A DNA stretch of 64,000 nucleotides. Origin: Auanema rhodensis. Taxonomy: Eukaryota; Animalia; Nematoda. The notes beneath the pieces were generated by a model. That model did not search any database, was not told the DNA's origin, and saw only the letters and a list, made by a program, of their open reading frames with translations. This document shows, one piece after another, positions 14,401 through 24,600 of the stretch; position 1 is the stretch's first letter, and each line of letters opens with the position of its first letter. Where the stretch lies: positions 17,484,001 to 17,548,000 of the forward strand of contig OZ059899.1 in NCBI GenBank assembly GCA_964057225.1, in the 5' to 3' direction. Position numbers and translations under genes: made by a program.

Positions 14401-17385
14401 GATATTGGTGCATGGTAACCATGACTTTGAAATTTACGTGAACTTTAATTTATGCTAATTAAATGTACACGTGATGTGCACTTGGTATGTAACTCGCTTC
14501 ACGTGAAAGATAAAGAGATGCAGTTCTCAAAATTAGATTCCCCATGTCCATATTAGTCTAAAAACAAATTTTTATTGATATTGGTGCATGGTAACCATGA
14601 CTTTGAAATTTACGTGAACTTTAATTTATGCTAATTAAATGTACACGTGATGTGCACTTGGTATGTAACTTGCTTCACGTGAAAGATAAAGAGATGCGGT
14701 TTTCAAAATTAGATTCCCCATGTCCATATTAGTCTTAAAACAAATTTTTATTGATATTGGTGCATGGTAACCATGACTTTGAAATTTACGTGAACTTTAA
14801 TTTATGCTAATTAAATGTACACGTGATGTGCACTTGGTATGTAACTTGCTTCACGTGAAAGATAAAGAGATGCGGTTCTCAAAATTAGATTCCCCATGTC
14901 CATATTAGTCTTAAAACAAATTTTTATTGATATTGGTGCATGGTAACCATGACTTTGAAATTTACGTGAACTTTAATTTATGCTAATTAAATGTACACGT
15001 GATGTGCACTCGGTATGTATCTCGCTTCACGTGAAAGATAAAGAGATGCGGTTTCCAAAATTAGATTCCCCATGTCCATATTAGTCTAAAAACAGTTTTT
15101 TACTGATATTGGTGCATGGTAACCATGATTTTGAAATTTACGTGAACTTTAATTTATGCTAATTAAATGTACACATGGTGTGCACTCGGTATGTAACTCG
15201 CTTCACGTGAAAGATAAAGAGATGCGGTTTTCGAAATTAGATTCCCCATGTCCATATTAGTCTAAAAACAAATTTTTATTGATATTGGTGCATGGTAACC
15301 ATGACTTTGAAATTTACGTGAACTTTAATTTATGCTAATTAAATGTACACGTGATGTGCACTTGGTATGTAACTCGCTTCACGTGAAAGATAAAGAGATG
15401 CAGTTCTCAAAATTAGATTCCCCATGTCCATATTAGTCTAAAAACAAATTTTTATTGATATTGGTGCATGGTAACCATGACTTTGAAATTTACGTGAACT
15501 TTAATTTATGCTAATTAAATGTACACGTGTTGTGCACTTGGTATGTAACTTGCTTCACGTGAAAGATAAAGAGATGCGGTTTTCAAAATTAGATTCCCCA
15601 TGTCCATATTAGTCTTAAAACAAATTTTTATTGATATTGGTGCATGGTAACCATGACTTTGAAATTTACGTGAACTTTAATTTATGCTAATTAAATGTAC
15701 ACGTGATGTGCACTTGGTATGTAACTTGCTTCACGTGAAAGATAAAGAGATGCGGTTTTCAAAATTAGATTCCCCATGTCCATATTAGTCTTAAAACAAA
15801 TTTTTATTGATATTGGTGCATGGTAACCATGACTTTGAAATTTACGTGAACTTTAATTTATGCTAATTAAATGTACACGTGGTGTGCACCCGGTATGTAA
15901 CTCGCTTCACGTGAAAGATAAAGAGATGAGGTTTTCCCAATTAGATTCCCCATGTCCATATTAGTCTAAAAACAAATTTTTATCGATATTGGTGCATGGT
16001 AACCATGACTTTGAAATTTACGTGAACTTTATTTTATGCTACATAAATGTACACGTGGTGTGCACTCGGTATGTATCTCGCTTCACGTGAAAGATAAAGA
16101 GATGCGGTTTCCAAAATTAGATTCCCCATGTCCATATTAGTCTAAAAACAAATTTTTATTGATATTGGTGCATGGTAACCATGACTTTGAAATTTACGTG
16201 AACTTTAATTTATGCTAATTAAATTTACACGTGATGTGCACTTGGTATGTAACTCGCTTCACGTGAAAGATAAAGAGATGCAGTTCTCAAAATTAGATTC
16301 CCCATGTCCATATTAGTCTAAAAACAAATTTTTATTGATATTGGTGCATGGTAACCATGACTTTGAAATTTACGTGAACTTTAATTTATGCTAATTAAAT
16401 GTACACGTGATGTGCACTTGGTATGTAACTCGCTTCACGTGAAAGATAAAGAGATGCAGTTCTCAAAATTAGATTCCCCATGTCCATATTAGTCTAAAAA
16501 CAAATTTTTATTGATATTGGTGCATGGTAACCATGACTTTGAAATTTACGTGAACTTTAATTTATGCTAATTAAATGTACACGTGATGTGCACTTGGTAT
16601 GTAACTTGCTTCACGTGAAAGATAAAGAGATGCGGTTTTCAAAATTAGATTCCCCATGTCCATATTAGTCTTAAAACAAATTTTTATTGATATTGGTGCA
16701 TGGTAACCATGACTTTGAAATTTACGTGAACTTTAATTTATGCTAATTAAATGTACACGTGATGTGCACTTGGTATGTAACTTGCTTCACGTGAAAGATA
16801 AAGAGATGCGGTTCTCAAAATTAGATTCCCCATGTCCATATTAGTCTTAAAACAAATTTTTATTGATATTGGTGCATGGTAACCATGACTTTGAAATTTA
16901 CGTGAACTTTAATTTATGCTAATTAAATGTACACGTGATGTGCACTTGGTATGTAACTTGCTTCACGTGAAAGATAAAGAGATGCGGTTTTCAAAATTAG
17001 ATTCCCCATGTCGATATTAGTCTTAAAACAAATTTTTATTGATATTGGTGCATGGTAACCATGACTTTGAAATTTACGTGAACTTTAATTTATGCTAATT
17101 AAATGTACACGTGGTGTGCACTCGGTATGTAACTCGCTTCACGTGAAAGATAAAGAGATGCGGTTTTTAAAATTAGATTCCCCATGTCCATATTAGTCTG
17201 AAAACAAATTTTTATTGATATTGGTGCATGGTAACCATGACTTTGAAATTTACGTGAACTTTAATTTATGCTTATTAAATGTACACGTGATGTGCACTTG
17301 GTATGTAACTCGCTTCACGTGAAAAATAAAGAGATGCGGTTTTCAAAATTAGATTCCCCATGTCCATATTAGTCTAAAAACAAAT
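11441..17385 (+). repeat. Tandem duplication of a 17-monomer (2992-bp) Sat176 block: ~11441-14432 and 14433-17385
   Basis: Rare variants recur exactly 2992 bp apart: aaatTtacac (monomers at 13201/16193), atgtcGatat (14021/17013), gctTattaa plus gaaaAataaa (14257/17249), cacCcgg...gatgAgg (12849/15841) and gtgTtgtg (12497/15489). Confidence 0.92.
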
Positions 17386-17561
17386 AACTCGCTTCACGTG
17401 AAAGATAAAGAGATGCGGTTTTCAAAATTAGATTCCCCATGTCCATATTAGTCTAAAAACAAATTTTTATTGATATTGGTGCATGGTAACCATGACTTTG
17501 AAATTTACGTGAACTTTAATTTATGCTAATTAAATGTACACGTGATGTGCACTTGGTATGT
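17386..17561 (+). repeat. Terminal out-of-phase Sat176 segment of exactly 176 bp (monomer positions 59-176 then 1-58)
   Basis: At 17385 the monomer starting at 17249 breaks at position 137 (aaaaacaaaT) and resumes at position 59 (aactcgcttcacgtg). The next monomer start is 17504 (=17249+255) and the array ends at its position 58. Confidence 0.9.
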
Positions 17562-17569
17562 TGGTACAC
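17553..17569. other. Sat176/Sat351 junction with 5-bp filler TGGTA (17562-17566)
   Basis: The sequence reads ...gcacTTGGTAtg TTGGTA caccctgaag... Sat176 matches through 17561 (monomer position 58) and Sat351 begins at 17567. Confidence 0.93.
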
Positions 17570-17707
17570 CCTGAAGAATTAATTTTTTTGTTGAATAACA
17601 TTGTCCATCGTCTTCGCCTTGAAAAAAGGAATCTAAAAACATCTATTTTTTGTGAAATTATTTTGAAATTTTTAGGGAAAATTTTTGTCAAAATGTTTTT
17701 GGAAGCA

Positions 17708-17735
17708 ATGTTGAGTGTACATGGAAACTCAACAT
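17708..17735. other. Inverted repeat ATGTTGAGT-N10-ACTCAACAT in Sat351 monomers (first copy given)
   Basis: Perfect 9-bp arms with loop GTACATGGAA, within the least variable part of the monomer. Confidence 0.9.
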
Positions 17736-18588
17736 ACACTAATGCATCATTTTTCAAACGATCATAACTAATTTTTGTATTGAGCGTTTTTCAATGTAGT
17801 ATAGTGCATTCGATGCGGATTTTTAAGCTGCGTCGTTCTGTGTTATCAGATTTGCGCTAGCTTAAACATGCACCGAGATATCAACTGTTATAAGTTCACA
17901 CTTATATCCTCGATTTTCACCCTGAAGAATTAATTTTTTTGTTGAATAACATTGTCCATCGTCTTCGCCTTTAAAAACAGAATCTAAAAACATCTACTTT
18001 TTGTGAAATTATTTTGAAATTTTTAGGGAAAATTTTTGTCAAAATGTTTTTGGAAGCAATGTTGAGTGTACATGGAAACTCAACATACACTAATGCATCA
18101 TTTTTCAAACGATCATAACTAATTTTTGTATTGAGCGTTTCTCAATGTAGTATAGTGCATTCGATGCGGATTTTCAATCTGCGTCGATCTGTGTTATCAG
18201 ATTTGCGCTATCTTTAAAATGCACCGAGATATCAACTGATATATGTTCACACTTATATCCTCGATTTTCAACCTGAAGAATTAATTTCTTCGTTGAATAA
18301 CAATGTCCATCGTCTTCGCCTTGAAAAAAAGAATCTAAAAACATCTACTTTTTGTGAAATTATCTTGAAATTTTTAGGGAAAATTTTTGTCAAAATGTTT
18401 TTGGAAGCAATGTTGAGTGTACATGGAAACTCAACATACACTAATGCATCGTTTTTCAAACGATCATAACTAATTTTTGTATTAAGCGTTTTTTAATGTA
18501 GTATAGTGCATTCGATGCGGATATTTAAGCTGCGTCGATCTGTGTTATCAGATTTGCGCTAGCTTAAAAATGCACCGAGATATCAACT

Positions 18589-18610
18589 GATATAAGTTCA
18601 CACTTATATC
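18589..18610. other. Inverted repeat GATATAAGT-TCAC-ACTTATATC in Sat351 monomers (example copy)
   Basis: Perfect 9-bp arms with a 4-nt loop. Some monomers carry disrupting variants (acacAtatatc, gaAataag). Confidence 0.88.
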
Positions 18611-21600
18611 CTCGATTTTCACCCTGAAGAATTAATTTTTTCGTTGAATAACATTGTCCATCGTCTTCGCCTTGAAAAAAGGAATCTAAAAACATCTACT
18701 TTTTGTGAAATTATCTTGAAATTTTTCGGAAAAATTTTTGTCAAAATGTTTTTGGAAGCTATGTTGAGTGTACATGGAAACTCAACATACACTAATGCAT
18801 CATTTTTCAAACGATCATAACTAATTTTTATATTGAGCGTTTCTCAATGTAGTATAGTGCATTCGATGCGGATTTTTAAGCTGCGTCGATCTATGTTATC
18901 AGATTTGCGCTATCTTAAAAATGCACCGAGATATCAACTGATATAAGTTCACACTTATATCCTCGATTTTCAACCTGAAGAATTAATTTCTTCGTTGAAT
19001 AACAATGTCCATCGTCTTCGCCTTAAAAAAAAAATCTTAAAACATCTACTTTTTGTGAAATTATTTTGAAATTTTTAGGGAAAATTTTTGTCAAAAAGTT
19101 TTTGGAAGCAATGTTGAGTGTACATGGAAACTCAACATACACTAATGCATCATTTTTCAAACGATCATAACTAATTTTTGTAATGAGCGTTTCTCAATGT
19201 AGTATAGTGCATTCGATGCGGATTTTTAAGCTGCGTCGATCTATGTTATCAGATTTGCGCTATCTTTAAAATGCACCGATATATCAACTGATATAAGTTC
19301 ACACTTATATCCTCGATTTTCAACCTGAAGAATTAATTTTTTCGTTGAATAACATTGTCCATCGTCTTCGCCTTGAAAAAAGGAATCTAAAAACATCTAC
19401 TTTTTGTGAAATTATCTTGAAATTTTTCGGAAAAATTTTTGTCAAAATGTTTTTGGAAGCTATGTTGAGTGTACATGGAAACTCAACATACACTAATGCA
19501 TCATTTTTCAAACGATCATAACTAATTTTTGTATTGAGCGTTTCTCAATGTAGTATAGTGCATTCGATGCGGATTTTTAAGCTGCGTCGATCTTTGTTAT
19601 CAGATTTGCGCTATCTTAAAAATGCACCGAGATATCAACTGATATAAGTTCACACTTATATCCTCGATTTTCAACCTGAAGAATTAATTTCTTCGTTGAA
19701 TAACAATGTCCATCGTCTTCGCCTTAAAAAAAAAATCTAAAAATATCTACTTTTTGTGAAATTATTTTGAAATTTTTAGGGAAAATTTTTGTCAAAATGT
19801 TTTTGGAAGCAATGTTGAGTGTACATGGAAACTCAACATACACTAATGCATCATTTTTCAAACGATCATAACTAATTTTTGTATTGAGGGTTTCTCAATG
19901 TAGTATAGTGCATTCGATGCGGATTTTTAAGCTGCGTCGATCTATGTTATCAGATTTGCGCTATCTTTAAAATGCACCGATATATCAACTGATATAAGTT
20001 CACACTTATATCCTCGATTTTCAACCTGAAGAATTAATTTTTTCGTTGAATAACATTGTCCATCGTCTTCGCCTTGAAAAAAGGAATCTAAAAACATCTA
20101 CTTTTTGTGAAATTATCTTGATATTTTTCGGAAAAATTTTTGTCAAAATGTTTTTGGAAGCTATGTTGAGTGTACATGGAAACTCAACATACACTAATGC
20201 ATCATTTTTCAAACGATCATAACTAATTTTTGTATTGGGCGTTTCTCAATGTAGTATAGTGCATTCGATGCGGATTTTTAAGCTGCGTCGATCTATGTTA
20301 TCAGATTTGCGCTATCTTAAAAATGCACCGAGATATCAACTGATATAAGTTCACACTTATATCCTCGATTTTCAACCTGAAGAATTAATTTCTTCGTTGA
20401 ATAACAATGTCCATCGTCTTCGCCTTAAAAAAAAAATCTAAAAAAATCTACTTTTTGTGAAATTATTTTGAAATTTTTAGGGAAAATTTTTGTCAAAAAG
20501 TTTTTGGAAGCAATGTTGAGTGTACATGGAAACTCAACATACACTAATGCATCATTTTTCAAACGATCATAACTAATTTTTGAATTGAGCGTTTCTCAAT
20601 GTAGTATAGTGCATTCGATGCGGATTTTTAAGCTGCGTCGATCTATGTTATCAGATTTGCGCTATCTTTAAAATGCACCGATATATCAACTGATATAAGT
20701 TCACACTTATAACCTCGATTTTCACCCTGAAGAATTAATTTTTTTTGTTGAATAACAATGTCCATCGTCTTCGCCTTAAGAAAAAAATCTAAAAACATCT
20801 ACTTTTTGTGAAATTATTTTGAAATTTTTAGGGAAAATTTTTGTCAAAAAGTTTTTGGAAGCAATGTTGAGTGTACATGGAAACTCAACATACACTAATG
20901 CATCATTTTTCAAACGATCATAACTAATTTTTGTATCGAGCGTTTCTCAATGTAGTATAGTGCATTCGATGCGGATTTTTAAGCTGCGTCGATCTATGTT
21001 ATCAGATTTGCGCTATCTTAAAAATGCACCGAGATATCAACTGATATAAGTTCACACTTATATCCTCGATTTTCACCCTGAAGAATTAATTTTTTCGTTG
21101 AATAACATTGTCCATCGTCTTCGCCTTGAAAAAAGAAATCTAAAAACATCTACTTTTTGTGAAATTATTTTGAAATTTTCAGGGAAAATTTTTGTCAAAA
21201 TGTTTTTGAAAGCAATGTTGAGTGTACATGGAAACTCAACATACACTAATGCATCATTTTTCAAACGATCATAACTAATTTTTGTATCGAGCGTTTCTCA
21301 ATGTAGTATAGTGCATTCGATGCGGATTTTTAAGCTGCGTCGATCTATGTTATCAGATTTGCGCTATCTTTAAAATGCACCGATATATCAACTGATATAA
21401 GTTCACACTTATATCCTCGATTTTCAACCTGAAGAATTAATTTTTTCGTTGAATAACATTGTCCATCGTCTTCGCCTTGAAAAAAGGAATCTAAAAACAT
21501 CTACTTTTTGTGAAATTATCTTGAAATTTTTCGGAAAAATTTTTGTCAAAATGTTTTTGGAAGCTATGTTGAGTGTACATGGAAACTCAACATACACTAA

Positions 21601-24600
21601 TGCATCATTTTTCAAACGATCATAACTAATTTTTGTATTGGGCGTTTCTCAATGTAGTATAGTGCATTCGATGCGGATTTTTAAGCTGCGTCGATCTATG
21701 TTATCAGATTTGCGCTATCTTAAAAATGCACCGAGATATCAACTGATATAAGTTCACACTTATATCCTCGATTTTCAACCTGAAGAATTAATTTCTTCGT
21801 TGAATAACAATGTCCATCGTCTTCGCCTTAAAAAAAAAATCTAAAAAAATCTACTTTTTGTGAAATTATTTTGAAATTTTTAGGGAAAATTTTTGTCAAA
21901 AAGTTTTTGGAAGCAATGTTGAGTGTACATGGAAACTCAACATACACTAATGCATCATTTTTCAAACGATCATAACTAATTTTTGAATTGAGCGTTTCTC
22001 AATGTAGTATAGTGCATTCGATGCGGATTTTTAAGCTGCGTCGATCTATGTTATCAGATTTGCGCTATCTTTAAAATGCACCGATATATCAACTGATATA
22101 AGTTCACACTTATAACCTCGATTTTCACCCTGAAGAATTAATTTTTTTTGTTGAATAACAATGTCCATCGTCTTCGCCTTAAGAAAAAAATCTAAAAACA
22201 TCTACTTTTTGTGAAATTATTTTGAAATTTTTAGGGAAAATTTTTGTCAAAAAGTTTTTGGAAGCAATGTTGAGTGTACATGGAAACTCAACATACACTA
22301 ATGCATCATTTTTCAAACGATCATAACTAATTTTTGTATCGAGCGTTTCTCAATGTAGTATAGTGCATTCGATGCGGATTTTTAAGCTGCGTCGATCTAT
22401 GTTATCAGATTTGCGCTATCTTTAAAATGCACCGATATATCAACTGATATAAGTTCACACTTATAACCTCGATTTTCACCCTGAAGAATTAATTTTTTTT
22501 GTTGAATAACAATGTCCATCGTCTTCGCCTTAAGAAAAAAATCTAAAAACATCTACTTTTTGTGAAATTATTTTGAAATTTTTAGGGAAAATTTTTGTCA
22601 AAAAGTTTTTGGAAGCAATGTTGAGTGTACATGGAAACTCAACATACACTAATGCATCATTTTTCAAACGATCATAACTAATTTTTGTATCGAGCGTTTC
22701 TCAATGTAGTATAGTGCATTCGATGCGGATTTTTAAGCTGCGTCGATCTATGTTATCAGATTTGCGCTATCTTAAAAATGCACCGAGATATCAACTGATA
22801 TAAGTTCACACTTATATCCTCGATTTTCACCCTGAAGAATTAATTTTTTCGTTGAATAACATTGTCCATCGTCTTCGCCTTGAAAAAAGAAATCTAAAAA
22901 CATCTACTTTTTGTGAAATTATTTTGAAATTTTCAGGGAAAATTTTTGTCAAAATGTTTTTGAAAGCAATGTTGAGTGTACATGGAAACTCAACATACAC
23001 TAATGCATCATTTTTCAAACGATCATAACTAATTTTTGTATCGAGCGTTTCTCAATGTAGTATAGTGCATTCGATGCGGATTTTTAAGCTGCGTCGATCT
23101 ATGTTATCAGATTTGCGCTATCTTAAAAATGCACCGAGATATCAACTGATATAAGTTCACACTTATATCCTCGATTTTCACCCTGAAGAATTAATTTTTT
23201 TTGTTGAATAACAATGTCCATCGTCTTCGCCTTAAGAAAAAAATCTAAAAACATCTACTTTTTGTGAAATTATTTTGAAATTTTTAGGGAAAATTTTTGT
23301 CAAAACGTTTTTGGAAGCAATGTTGAGTGTACATGGAAACTCAACATACACTAATGCATCATTTTTCAAACGATCATAACTAATTTTTGTATCGAGCGTT
23401 TCTCAATGTAGTATAGTGCATTCGATGCGGATTTTTAAGCTGCGTCGATCTATGTTATCAGATTTGCGCTATCTTAAAAATGCACCGAGATATCAACTGA
23501 TATAAGTTCACACTTATATCCTCGATTTTCACCCTGAAGAATTAATTTTTTCGTTGAATAACATTGTCCATCGTCTTCGCCTTGAAAAAAGAAATCTAAA
23601 AACATCTACTTTTTGTGAAATTATTTTGAAATTTTCAGGGAAAATTTTTGTCAAAATGTTTTTGAAAGCAATGTTGAGTGTACATGGAAACTCAACATAC
23701 ACTAATGCATCATTTTTCAAACGATCATAAATAATTTTTGTATCGAGCGTTTCTCAATGTAGTATAGTGCATTCGATGCGGATTTTTAAGCTGCGTCGAT
23801 CTATGTTATCAGATTTGCGCTATCTTAAAAATGCACCGAGATATCAACTGATATAAGTTCACACTTATATCCTCGATTTTCAACCTGAAGAATTAATTTC
23901 TTCGTTGAATAACAATGTCCATCGTCTTCGCCTTAAAAAAAAAATCTAAAAACATCTACTTTTTGTGAAATTATTTTGAAATTTTTAGGGAAAATTTTTG
24001 TCAAAATGTTTTTGGAAGCAATGTTGAGTGTACATGGAAACTCAACATACACTAATGCATCATTTTTCAAACGATCATAACTAATTTTTGTATTGAGGGT
24101 TTCTCAATGTAGTATAGTGCATTCGATGCGGATTTTTAAGCTGCGTCGATCTGTGTTATCAGATTTGCGCTATCTTAAAAATGCACCGAGATATCAACTG
24201 ATATAAGTTCACACTTATATCCTCGATTTTCAACCTGAAGAATTAATTTCTTCGTTGAATAACAATGTCCATCGTCTTCGCCTTGAAAAAAGGAATCTAA
24301 AAACATCTACTTTTTGTGAAATTATTTTGAAATTTTCAGGGAAAATTTTTGTCAAAATGTTTTTGGAAGCAATGTTGAGTGTACATGGAAACTCAACATA
24401 CACTAATGCATCATTTTTCAAACGATCATAACTAATTTTTGTATCGAGCGTTTCTCAATGTAGTATAGTGCATTCGATGCGGATTTTTAAGCTGCGTCGA
24501 TCTATGTTATCAGATTTGCGCTATTTTAAAAATGCACCGAGATATCAACTGATATAAGTTCACACTTATATCCTCGATTTTCAACCTGAAGAATTAATTT

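Larger units (their letters stand above)
1..17561. repeat. Satellite array, 176-bp monomer (Sat176), ~100 head-to-tail units, truncated by the left window edge
   Basis: TTTACGTGAACTTT recurs at 1, 177, 353 and stays exactly in phase at 2641, 5281, 7921, 10561, 13201, 15841 and 17249 (all 1+176n). Monomers differ by a few substitutions. Consensus: tttacgtgaactttaatttatgctaattaaatgtacacgtg(g/a)tgtgcact(c/t)ggtatgtaactcgcttcacgtgaaagataaagagatgcggttttcaaaattagattccccatgtccatattagtctaaaaacaaatttttattgatattggtgcatggtaaccatgactttgaaa. Confidence 0.99.

Noticed and set aside
17307-17464. Simple 79-bp tandem duplication as the cause of the phase shift
   Set aside because: The two copies differ at a diagnostic site (gaaaAataaa vs gaaaGataaa), so the second piece more likely came from another monomer. 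It is not strictly excluded.
1-17561. Assignment to a named ~176-180-bp satellite family or species, or a yeast CDEI / mammalian CENP-B box function
   Set aside because: Monomer length alone is not diagnostic, and I do not recognise the sequence. TCACGTG resembles CDEI, but no point-centromere layout exists, and I saw no CENP-B box. A database search is needed.
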